NCBI GenBank assembly: GCA_020184695.1
Contig: JAANOX010000271.1
Span: 1-64,000, forward strand
DNA: 64,000 nt
DNA from: Histomonas meleagridis 2922-C6/04-290x
Taxonomy: Eukaryota; Protista; Parabasalia
Direction: 5' to 3'
The notes beneath the pieces are model-generated. The model made no database searches and had not been told where the DNA came from. It was given only the letters and a program-made list of their open reading frames with translations. Positions within the stretch are counted from its first letter, which is position 1. Each line of letters starts with the position of its first letter. Position numbers and translations under genes: made by a program. Positions 45,471 to 56,773 of the stretch are shown piece after piece.

Positions 45471-48390
45471 ATGGAATTTAGCGAAACTCAAAAAAGTAAT
45501 ATATCAAATCAAATAAAAGATTGTATCTCAAAGATAATTATTCTCAAAGGCATTGTTTTCAATCTAAAATTTGAAAACATTGAGGAATCAGCACATTTAA
45601 TATATGAATTATATGACAAAAATCATCCACATACAGTTTTTTTGATAACATGTTAGTGTATTCATCTTTTGTTTCCCAAATGAAAGATTTTAATATTTAT
45701 TTTAATTTTTTAAGATTCTTGGAGAAAATATATGAGGAAATATGTAATTATAAAATGATGGATATTTTTTCAAGATATCTTTTTTCTCTAACTTCTCAAG
45801 AATCATATTACCTTTTAGAAAAAATGTTTGATCAAGGAATGATTGATGAAACAGAATTAACCAAAAAAAGTTGTTTATATTTCGCACAACATATGAAAAA
45901 AAATGAAATCAACTCATTAACTATTGATTGGAACAATAAAGATAATATTAAATCTAATCAGTTTAATGAATCTTTTCTAAAAAATTATGAAGAACTTTCA
46001 AAAAACATTTGGACACTTCATAAGCAATTAATCAAAGAAGGAGTTAATCCGAATGAAATTGCGAAAATAATTCGAAATGATGAAATAGAAAAAAACTTCA
46101 AGAAATATCATCACAAAATGATTTTAATTATAATCAAACAATTGAACCATCACTTTATGAAAGATGTTCATTTATTAATCAAAAAAATGTTACATTACTT
46201 GATTATGCAGCATTTTTTGGATCAGTTAAATGTTTTAATTATTTACTTATGAATGGCGCAAAAATAAATAACACAGGTAAAATATGCGATTGCTAGTGGA
46301 AATATAGAAATCATTCATTTATGTGAACAACATCATTCATCGTTTTATGATTCATATGAAGCAGCTATTGAATTTCATCGATATGATATCTTTAAATATC
46401 TTTACGATATTAAATTGTTAAAACTATGCATTTAAATTTTTTATATAAAAAATGTATTGTAAATAATTCATATGAATTTTTTTCATATTTGCTTGATAAA
46501 GAAGGACTGAAATTAGAAGCTTTCATATATGAATTGTCATCAACTGGAAATTTATATCTAATAAAATGTTTTTTTGAAGAATATCAATTACCAAATGATA
46601 TATTTGTTTCTTGTGCAAGCTCAGGAAATATTGAACTTGTTAAATATTTTCTTCTTAAAAAAATTGATGTTAATGTAAGTAATGATTCTTTGAAAAATTG
46701 GGAAATTGTTTATATTTCATTATGTTTCATATGAGTATTTGGTGAATATTTAAGTTTTTTGCCACAGCTTTGTTTCTAGCATCTGAAAATAAACATTTAG
46801 AAATCATTAAATTACTTGTTGAACAAAAAGGAATTGATATTAATGCAAAAAATATTTATTTGTTTTATTTAATAAATATTATAATATTTCAAAGTTTCAA
46901 AACAATATTTGGAAATGACTTAAATTATTTGATACAGCACTTATATATGCATCTGAAAATGGTCATGAAGAAATAGTTAAATTGCTTCTTGAACAAAAAG
47001 GAATTAAAATTAATGCTAAAGATATTTATTTGTTTTATTTAAATTTTATTTTAATAATTTTATATTTCAAAATAATATTTGGAAATTATTTAAATTATCT
47101 AATACAGCACTTATTTTAGCATCTTGGAATGGTCATACAGAAATAGTCAAACTACTTCTTAAACAAGAAGGAATTAAAATTAATGTTAAAAATAAAATTT
47201 ATTTTAATAATTTGATATTTTAAAATAAATCATGGAAATTACTTAAATCATTTGATACAGCACTCACAGAATCATCTAGATATGGTAACATAGCAATTGT
47301 TAAATTACTTCTTGAACAAAAAGGAATTAAAATTAATGCTAAAAACAAAATTTATTTTAATAATTTGAGATTTTAAAATAATACATAGAAATTACTTATA
47401 TTATTTGAAACAGCACTTATGAAAGCATCTAAAAATGGTATCATAGAAATTGTTAAATTATTTCTTGAACAAGAAGGAATTGATATTAATGATAAAGATA
47501 TTTATTTGTTTTGTTTAATATTTATTTTTAAAATTTTATATTTCAAAGTAATATTTGGAAATTATTTAAATTATTTAAAATAGCACTTGTTTGAGCATCT
47601 TTATATGGTCATACAGAAATAACTAAATTACATCTTGAACAAGAAGGAATTGATATTAATGCTCAAGATATTTATTTGTTTTATATTTGTTTTAATATCT
47701 TATTATTTCAAAATCATTTGAATTATTTTATTCACAATTAATGTTTGCGTCTAAGTGTGGTAACATCAAATTAGCTAAATTACTTCTTGAAATAGAAGAT
47801 ATTGACATTAATGCTAAAAATATTTATTTGTTTTATTACTTTTATTTAATTAATATCCAAATTCAAAAAAATATTATTTAAAATATTTAGCTCAGCAATT
47901 ATAATTGTATCTGAGTTAGGGAATAAAGAAATATGTAAATTAACTCTTAATCATGAGGGTGATGAAATCAATGGTAAAAATATTTATTTGTATTATTTAA
48001 TATTTATAATAATATAAAATTTCAATATAATATTTAGTAAGCACTTATTAAAGCATCATTAAATAATCACTCAGAAACAGTTAAGTTGCTTCTTGAACCA
48101 GCAATTGATATTAATGCTAAAGATGATATTCATTTGTTTTATTAAGAATTTATATTAATTTTCTGAGATTTAAAAATAATATTTGAAAAAATTTCTAAAT
48201 ATTTAAAACATCGCTTATAAGTTGAAAATGGTCATTTAGAAATGTTAAATTACTACTTGAACAATAAGGAATTGATATTAATGCTAAAGATGATATTTAT
48301 TTTAGTAATTTATTTCTAAATACTATTTGAAATATATTTAAATAATTTCAAAAAGCACTTGCTGAAATCGTTGAATTCCTTCAAGAACTA
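45471..48390 (+). CDS. DUF3447-type ankyrin-repeat gene 1 with spacer-interrupted repeat array (3' repeats degenerate)
   Basis: IAKIIRNDEIEKLQE...LLDYAAFFGS..CF.YL...AIASGNIEIIHLCEQ after correcting homopolymer shifts, then ~10 xTALxxAS..GH.EIVKLLLEQ.GI.INAK units. Confidence 0.75.
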
Positions 48391-48521
48391 TAATATTATA
48401 ATATTTTTATTCATTCCAAACATATTTCTATAAACAAAAATTTATTTGTTAAATTCTTTATTAAAAACAAAAATCACAAAAATTCATTTTTAAACATTTT
48501 CAAATATAATATATATCTCTA

Positions 48522-51500
48522 TTAGCGATAATCTTCATCATCATCGTCGTCATCATCTTCATCATAATCGTCCGAAAGTTCGAATCTCTTTTTCGCTTTT
48601 CTATTTTTCCTTCTTTTATATTTCCCACGAACTCTTTTCTTTTCGTTTCTTTTTGCGCCAGTTTGAAAGAAGTTAATTTTCGGCGGCATGAAATCATTTG
48701 GTAATTCATCGAAATTATTATCCAATTGTTTTAAATATTCAAATTGAACAATTGAACAACTTATACCAAAAGTTTTAATTGGATCATCATCGAATTCTTT
48801 ATCGACTTTCATCCAAACATCTAAAGGTGTTTTATCGATCCATTTTGCTCTTTCGCTTTTCCATACTTCGAATAATTCATCGTTAAGTATAGTGCATCGA
48901 TATCCGACGCCTTTATATTGTATTCGAGCTCTAAAACCAGAACGGAACAAAATATTATCAATTAATAGATGTATAGGTCCTTCACCTAAAGATTCGATAC
49001 ATATATTTTCATAATTTGTTGGTAAATTTATTTTATTTTTATTTTCTTCGGGAACATCAATATAAATTGCAGTATTATAACCACCGAATTGTTCAATGAT
49101 AGAATCAATATATAATTTTAATAAATAATTATTTAAAAGAAATTCGAATTTTGTTTCTCCTAAATTCTTTAAATGGAATTTTGTTTCTTTTTCATTTTTG
49201 ATATATTTCAAATATTCGATATCTTCTTCATTTAAATTCGTATCATATTTCTCTAATAATAAATCATGAATTCCATAAAATCCATTTTCATATATATGTT
49301 CAAATAATTCATAATCATTCATTGGTGTCCACCATTCGATTTTATTCATTTCATTCTTTTGAAGATTTTCGAACATTTCTTTATTAGTATTTAATGAATT
49401 TATTTTATAATAATCATTAAAACGTTGCAACCAATTTATATTATTACGAATTCTAATTGCGTTTGAATGCATTAAATAAGGTACAAATATTTCGGCTTCT
49501 TTACAATATTGATTAACAACAGATTTAACTAATGTTTGTGATGACTTAATATCAATTGAAGCTATAATACGTATAGTATTAATTACAATTGGAATAATTT
49601 TATCAGATTCATCAACTTCAGTAATTTCTTGAATTCTTTCATAATTATTTCCAACTTCTTCAATTACATATATTAATTTCTTAATTTCTATTTTTGGTAA
49701 GTTTTTGATTTTCGATGAAACAATACTTAATAATTTAAATGCACGGCCATCAATTAACATTGAAGTTAATTGATTTAATCTTCGTGATATTTTAGGAATT
49801 ACATTCGATGGGAATTCTACATCGCCCCATATTTCATTATCATTAATTATTACATTCCAATCACCATTACCATGTTCCCATACAGACTTTAATAACATTT
49901 CATCATATTCTTGTTTCCAAAACTTTGGTGTCGTTGAAGGATCATATCGAATCTTTTTAAAGCCTTCATTAACCCATTTTTCAATTGCATGCATTTGACT
50001 TAAACGATTCGAATATTGTTGTGAATTCCGTTTTAATTGTTCACGCCATTTCTTATTATTAAATACATCATTACTAATTAAACGTCGTTGTCGACTATTT
50101 AAATTTATGTTATTTCTTCCAAACAAAAAATTTATAAAACGTTCGGAATTATCAATGTTTTGTGATATTAAATATATAAATATATTACATCCATCTTGAA
50201 TCATTTCAATACTCATTTGTATTGTGAGACGATTTTGGATTAATTCCCATCTTCCATAGCCTATCGAAACTAATTGACTTAAAAGTCGATCTCGTTTAAT
50301 AGCATTCCAATTATTACCATATTCATCTTCTGAATCATCTTCATCTTCACTACCTTCATATAAATTATGTGTCGAACGACTTCTTCGTGGTGCAGACATT
50401 TCATCATAATATAAACCATCTGCATGATTATGGTTTCGGAAATGTTTACTATCTTTAGGTAATATTCGTTCCCAAAAATGTTCATCATTTATATCGATTT
50501 GTTCATTATCATTTTCTTCAATTATGAAAGTTGCCTTACTAAATGTAGATTCAGTATCTACTGAAGAATTTATGAATTTTTTTGTTCTTCTTTCAAGTAT
50601 TTGATCAATATCTTCAGCTACAAATTTATCTGTTTCTGTTTCATCATCTTGAAAGACATGATATGCACCTTTCTTAATAAGTGCTTCGATTTCTTTATCA
50701 TTAAAACCTGTTTTAGTAGTTTTCGAATCTAAAATTGCTTGATCTAAACCTAATTTCATTGAAGCCCTTAAAAACATTTCGCTTTCATATGTACCACGTG
50801 TAATTAATCGATAAACTTGTACGTCATGAGTTTGTCCAATTCTATGACATCTTGCTTGAGCTTGTAAATCATTTTGAGGATTCCAATCACAATCATAAAT
50901 AATTACTGTAGATGCAGCTGTTAAATTTAATCCAACTCCACCAGCTTTAGTGGATAATAAAAATACAAATACATTAGAATTAGGATCATTAAATTTATCA
51001 ATTGATGATTGACGTGATGATCCATGAACATTACCATCTAAACGAACATAACTATAATCTCTATAATTTAAGAAATCTTCAATAATATCTAATACTCGAA
51101 CCATTTGTGAGAATATTAATACTTTTGTATTATTCTGTTTTAATTTCGCTAATAATTTATCAATGAATATTAATTTACCACATGATTCTATCATTATTTC
51201 ATTTGGATCTTCATCAGGTTTATTCTTTATAATTTCATCTTCTACACCAGGTAATAAAAATGGATGATTACATACTTTACGTAATTGCATTGCAAGGTTT
51301 TGTAATTCACGTACTTTAACAAATTGTTCATGTGACATTAAGTTATCAACTTTTTTATCTATTAATAATCGATAATAAAACTTTTGTATTCGTGTAAGTT
51401 CTACTTCAACAATAGTTTCTTCTTTAGCTGCAATTGACTTTTCGACATCGCATTTCTTACGTCTTAACATATAAGGCTTTAATATATTTTTAAGTTGTTC

Positions 51501-53069
51501 AACATCTTCAACACTTTCTATGTTTTTAAACTTTTCTTTAAATGGTTCTAATGAAGGAAACTTATCCGGGGCTATGAAATGTAATAACGCGAATATTTCA
51601 TCAATGTTATTTTGTATTGGTGTACCAGTCATTAATAAAATATGTTCCATATTTAATGAATATAATATTCGATAAATTTTCGAATGAATATTCTTTAATC
51701 GATGTGCTTCATCGATAATTACAAAATGCCAATTAATCGCTTGAATTATATCGACTTCTTTCATTACTGTTTCAATATTAGTTAATAAAACTTGAAATTT
51801 TGTTTCGTTTTGATGTGGTTCACTATAAAATAATTCATATTTCTTTATAATATCTCGAGTGGGTTTAGAGCCATGAAATAATATCGGACGAATATCTGTC
51901 CAATTTTCAAATTCACGTTGCCAATTAGGTAATGTACCTAATGGTGCGACGACTAAAAATGGTCCATAAACTCCACATCGCGTAGTTATATCATGTAATA
52001 ATGATATACATTGTATAGTTTTCCCTAATCCCATTTCATCTGCTAAAATGGTATTCTTTTGGGAATGATATGCAAATCGTAACCAATTTAAGGCTTCGAT
52101 TTGATAATTACGTAATTGGTTATTGTTCTTATAAACAGGTAATTTTTCTGTTGGCTTCAAATTCGGTATATAGCGTTTGTTTGGTTTATATGTTTCACGT
52201 GTTTGAAAAATATGTAATTCGCTCTCATTATCAACAAAATGTTCCCACGTGGCATCTTCATATGGTACGTCTTTCCATTTGACAAGAAATAATTGATGCG
52301 TTGGATCATATGTAACGATATGATCAATTTCTGGTTTGGGCTCTTCGGGTTCTTCTGTCGCTGGAACATAAAGAAATGGTATGGACGGTGATGGCTTGGT
52401 GCCATATTGTTGACATAACGAATCAAAAACTGATAAATGTGATGGGCCACTTGGATGTGTCATAATTTCGGATCGTGAAAGCCAGACAGCTTCGGCATTG
52501 GAAGAACGAATATATCGGACAAAGAAAAGTTCGGGCTCTGGTTGGAAACCAATGATTGTTTCAATGGGAGGATTTGATTGATTATCGAGAAGTTCTGTAA
52601 GTTCAGCACTATCACTTGTGTCACTAAAAAATATTTCCTGTGGAAGATCATCTTTATAATTGACTTCTTTGACAGTGCGTTTTTCTCGTCGATATGCTAA
52701 CGGACTAACATAATGTTTGCTTTGTCGTGATGGATTTACTTCTTCAAAATCTGAATCTGAGTCTTCTTTTTGTTTTTTCTTTTTGAATAAGCCATTAAGT
52801 GGCCTTTGTTTAATATGTGGTTTTTTCATTTGAAACTCTAATGTTTTCTTTTTATGAGATGAATTTTGTAATTTCTTGCGCTCATTTAACTCATTTTCTT
52901 CTTCAAATGCTGCTTCATCATCATTAAGATAAAAATCAGAGTCATCTTTGGAATTTTCACTCGCTGATTCGGAAGATGAGAAGTCACTGTATGTAGAATA
53001 TGATTTATTGACTCGGCATTTGCGCATTGGAAGCTGATCTGTGTCTTCATCATACGATCCAGGAATCAT
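48522..53069 (-). CDS. CHD-family (chromodomain-SNF2 helicase) chromatin remodeler with FY-rich-like C-terminus
   Basis: FLVKWKDVPYEDATWE chromodomain, ILADEMGLGKT, IIDEAHRLKN, LRKVCNHPFL, LIFSQM, YDCDWNPQNDLQAQARCHRIGQ. Confidence 0.95.
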   Translation of the reverse strand: MIPGSYDEDTDQLPMRKCRVNKSYSTYSDFSSSESASENSKDDSDFYLNDDEAAFEEENELNERKKLQNSSHKKKTLEFQMKKPHIKQRPLNGLFKKKKQKEDSDSDFEEVNPSRQSKHYVSPLAYRREKRTVKEVNYKDDLPQEIFFSDTSDSAELTELLDNQSNPPIETIIGFQPEPELFFVRYIRSSNAEAVWLSRSEIMTHPSGPSHLSVFDSLCQQYGTKPSPSIPFLYVPATEEPEEPKPEIDHIVTYDPTHQLFLVKWKDVPYEDATWEHFVDNESELHIFQTRETYKPNKRYIPNLKPTEKLPVYKNNNQLRNYQIEALNWLRFAYHSQKNTILADEMGLGKTIQCISLLHDITTRCGVYGPFLVVAPLGTLPNWQREFENWTDIRPILFHGSKPTRDIIKKYELFYSEPHQNETKFQVLLTNIETVMKEVDIIQAINWHFVIIDEAHRLKNIHSKIYRILYSLNMEHILLMTGTPIQNNIDEIFALLHFIAPDKFPSLEPFKEKFKNIESVEDVEQLKNILKPYMLRRKKCDVEKSIAAKEETIVEVELTRIQKFYYRLLIDKKVDNLMSHEQFVKVRELQNLAMQLRKVCNHPFLLPGVEDEIIKNKPDEDPNEIMIESCGKLIFIDKLLAKLKQNNTKVLIFSQMVRVLDIIEDFLNYRDYSYVRLDGNVHGSSRQSSIDKFNDPNSNVFVFLLSTKAGGVGLNLTAASTVIIYDCDWNPQNDLQAQARCHRIGQTHDVQVYRLITRGTYESEMFLRASMKLGLDQAILDSKTTKTGFNDKEIEALIKKGAYHVFQDDETETDKFVAEDIDQILERRTKKFINSSVDTESTFSKATFIIEENDNEQIDINDEHFWERILPKDSKHFRNHNHADGLYYDEMSAPRRSRSTHNLYEGSEDEDDSEDEYGNNWNAIKRDRLLSQLVSIGYGRWELIQNRLTIQMSIEMIQDGCNIFIYLISQNIDNSERFINFLFGRNNINLNSRQRRLISNDVFNNKKWREQLKRNSQQYSNRLSQMHAIEKWVNEGFKKIRYDPSTTPKFWKQEYDEMLLKSVWEHGNGDWNVIINDNEIWGDVEFPSNVIPKISRRLNQLTSMLIDGRAFKLLSIVSSKIKNLPKIEIKKLIYVIEEVGNNYERIQEITEVDESDKIIPIVINTIRIIASIDIKSSQTLVKSVVNQYCKEAEIFVPYLMHSNAIRIRNNINWLQRFNDYYKINSLNTNKEMFENLQKNEMNKIEWWTPMNDYELFEHIYENGFYGIHDLLLEKYDTNLNEEDIEYLKYIKNEKETKFHLKNLGETKFEFLLNNYLLKLYIDSIIEQFGGYNTAIYIDVPEENKNKINLPTNYENICIESLGEGPIHLLIDNILFRSGFRARIQYKGVGYRCTILNDELFEVWKSERAKWIDKTPLDVWMKVDKEFDDDPIKTFGISCSIVQFEYLKQLDNNFDELPNDFMPPKINFFQTGAKRNEKKRVRGKYKRRKNRKAKKRFELSDDYDEDDDDDDDEDYR

Positions 53070-53531
53070 GTTTTGGTCGCCGAAAAGTGCGAAAACGATA
53101 ACATTCAGATTTTATTCGGTCGCCGTTAGGGTACCCCAAGAATTTTTTGTAATGCAGAGTTGCGGGGAAACTATTTGTTTGAAATTATCAAATTTTTAAA
53201 AATTGAAAAATTGAAACAATGGGAATAGACAAATTTTGTTTACATATTCATATTTTGCAGGATAAATCTATAATAAAATTTAAGGGTTTGTTTGAATTCA
53301 TGAAAAGTCGATTTTTTTAAGCTTTGTATTTTAATAAATATTTTATAAAAATGATATCATATTCATATACACCATGAATTTGTTTATTTATCATTTTTTT
53401 GATTGGGCACCAACCATTCAAGGTTGGAGAAGAGCTCCAAAATTTGTGTGAAATTGTGACGAACCCCAAGAGATTTCTAACGTACAAGTATTCGACCGTT
53501 TAAAATCGCTGATCACACTCCGCAAAAATCA

Positions 53532-56488
53532 ATGTTTCCAACAGAAACCCCAAATAACAATATTACAAATGCAGCATCCTCTTTTAAAAAAGAGCATGAC
53601 TCTCCTAAGTATAAATCTGTTTATATGAAATTACTTGATTCACTTGACAAAATCATTTTTAATATAACTGAAGAAAATGTTGAAGCATCAGTTCAACAAA
53701 CGCTAAAATTATATGACCCAAGTTATCCATATTCATATAACTTAGTTATATGTGGTTTGGTTGTTTCTGCATTTCGTTCACGGGATATTTTATTTGAAAT
53801 ATATTTAAATTATTTAGAGCGACTTCAAAAGAAGAAGAAGAAATCAATAAAAACAATCCCAAAATTATTGATATTCTTGTTAGTTGCTTAATTAAAGGTG
53901 CAAAAATAAATGAAGCAAGATACTTAATGGAGAAAATAAACGAAAAATATTTAAATCATTATAAAATGGAATATCAACTTTTTCCCTTCAATCAGGAAAA
54001 TGAAGAAAGTCATAAACAATTAATTAAAGAAGGGCATAATCCAAATGAAATTGCAAAGATAATTCGAAATGATGAAATCGAAAAACTTCAAGAAATATCA
54101 TCACAAAATGATTTTAATTTTAATCAAACAATTGAACCATCAAATTATGAAAGATATTCATTCATTAATCAAAGCAATGTTTCATTAATTGATTATGCAG
54201 CATTTTTTGGATCAATTCAATGTTTCAAATATTTACTTATGAATGGCGCGAATGCATTTAATGCAGGTAAATATGCAGTAGCAAGTGGAAATCTTGAAAT
54301 CATTCATTTATGTGAACAAAATCATTCGACATTTGAAGGTGCATACGAAGCAGCAATTGAATTCCATCGAAATGAAATTTTTCATTATATTTATGAAAAT
54401 AAATTAGAAAAATTAAATGAAGATAATCAACAAAACTCATCAAATCCTGCTAATAGTTCAGTACCTCAACCATTTAACAGAGATCATCGGCCAATGCCAA
54501 CAAAACCATCTCCGAATGGAAATCCAGTTCCTTTTGGTGGAAAACAATCTCCTAGTGGAAATCCAGTTCCTTTTGGTGGAAAACAATCTCCTAGTGGAAA
54601 TCCAGTTCCTTTTGGTGGAAAACAATCTCCTAATGTAAACCCAGTTTCTTTTGGTGGAAAACAATCTCCTAATGTAAACCCAGTTTCTTTTGGTGGAAAA
54701 CAATCTCCTAATGTAAACCCAGTTTCTTTTGGTGGAAAACAATCTCCTAATGTAAACCCAGTTCCAAGTGAAAATCGATCTTTTTTTGGTGCAAAACCAT
54801 CTCTTGTTGGATTGGGTGGATTTGGAAGTTTTATTAGAAAATCATTGGATGTCAATGATTTAAGACTTTTTTGCATTAATAATAGAAATTTCGAAATTTT
54901 AACATTTTTAGATGAAAAAGAAATGCCTATTAATGAGAGTATTATTATGGCTTCTGTAAGAACTGGAAATTTATATCTTGTTAAATATTTTCAACAAAAT
55001 TATCCAATTCCAAAAAATGTTTTATATTTATCTCTTTACTTAGGAAATACTGAACTTATTAAATATCTTATACAACAAGAAGGAATTGATGTGAATTCAA
55101 AAGCAAAAATTTCTTTTCATGATATGATATGCTATATAAAGTTTTACTATAATTTCTTCAATTTTTTTTAAATATTTGATACAGCACTAACTTGGGCATC
55201 GAGAAACAATAACATAGAAATCGTTAAAATGCTTCTTGCAAAAGAAGGAATTGATGTCAATGAAATAGGTATTCGATTATTTTATTTGTAATTCGTTTTA
55301 TTAATTTGATATTTTAAATTTTTTTTTTCAAATCGTTTGAATTATTTAAAACACCACTTATCTCTGCAGCTCATAATAATAATATAGAAATCGTCAAAAT
55401 GCTTCTTGCAAAAGAAGGAATTGATGTCAATATTGAAGCTGAGAAAACGCTTAAAGAACATTATAACACAACAGCTCTTCATGAAGCTGTTCAAAATAAT
55501 AATATAGAAATGGTTAAATTGCTTTTAGAACAAAAGGAAATTGACATCAACACAAATCACATTTATTTAAAAGTTTTTCTATTTACTTTAATAATTTTTT
55601 GTTTATATAAATAGTTTGATGTTTATTATAATTATTTAAGAAAATAAAAATGATAGGAATTAATTTGAATTAATTTTGGTTTTATTTGATATTTATTTTT
55701 ATCAATTGATATTTCAATACAATATTTGGAAATAATTCAAATAATTTAGACCAACACTTCTTTATGCAACTGAAAAAGGTAATAGCGAAATCGTTAAATT
55801 ACTTCTTGAACAAGAAGGAATTGATATCAATGCTAAAAATATTTATTTGTTTTATTTAAAATTTATTTTAATAATTTGTTATTTCAAAATAATATTTGGA
55901 TTCTCTTCAAATTATTTAATACACCACTTATAAGGGCATCTCAATATGGTTATACAGAAATAGTTCATTTACTTCTTGAGAAAAAAGGAATTGATATTAA
56001 TACAAAAAATATTTATTTGCTTTATTAAATATTTATTTTAAGAATTTTATGTTTCTAAGTTAAATATGGAAATACTTTGCAATATTTAAAACAGCACTTA
56101 TGTTTGCTTCTGAAGAAGGTTATACTGAAATAGTTCAAATCCTTCTTGAACAAAAAGGTATTGATATCAATACAAAAAATATTTAATAGTTTCCATTAAA
56201 ATTTGATTTAATAATATTATATTTCAAAACAATATTTGGAAATTATTTATAATATTTAAAACAGCACTTATTTATGCAACTGAAAAAGGTCATATAGAAA
56301 TAGTTAAATTACTTCTTGAAAACAAAGATATTGATATTAATTACAGAAATATTTATTTGTTTTATTTAATGTTTATTATAACAATTTGAAAATTATTTAA
56401 TTTATAAGAAACAGTTTTCATGAAAGCATTTGAAAATGACCACATAGAAATAGTTAAATTACTTCTTAAGCAAAAAAGTTTTGAATAA
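53532..56488 (+). CDS. DUF3447-type ankyrin-repeat gene 2 with spacer-interrupted repeat array
   Basis: ORFs 53532-53891 and 53927-55171 join by a 1-nt shift at an A-run. DUF3447-like block, then stop-free ankyrin blocks separated by spacers. Confidence 0.8.
54518..54765 (+). repeat. 6 x 39-nt coding repeat (xxNPV(P/S)FGGKQSP)
   Basis: Directly visible tandem units, in frame. Confidence 0.95.
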
Positions 56489-56773
56489 AAATACATGAAA
56501 ATTTGTTTTATATATGGATAGTTATGTAATTAAATGTTAAAATAAGGATAATGAAAAATAAAGTTAAATTATATATAAAAAAGTAACCATTATTCCAACA
56601 AACACCTTTTCATGTTTTCTGAATACTTGATTGTTTTAATTAGGAAAACATTGATTCTCTAAAGTTATAATTGTTTTACCAATTTGCTTATAAAGATGTT
56701 ATTTTACATCAATAAATAAAAGAAATTATATCTTAAAAAGAATTAAGAACAAATACATCAAATTTATTAATTC

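Noticed and set aside
46675-46767. Canonical-looking intron GTAAGT...CCACAG in ankyrin gene 1
   Set aside because: Splicing it gives AAT|CTT TGT TTC TAG, which is out of frame, and it lacks the parabasalid branch motif. The region instead fits the 77-nt spacer register.
55841-55917. -1 ribosomal frameshifting at T TTA AAA/T in spacers as the general mechanism
   Set aside because: It works for some spacers, but others (56011, 56181) have stops in both frames and 46854 has a stop late in the -1 frame.
46684-56407. CRISPR-like repeat-spacer array
   Set aside because: The repeated units are protein-coding ankyrin blocks, the spacers are homologous to each other, and no cas genes are present.
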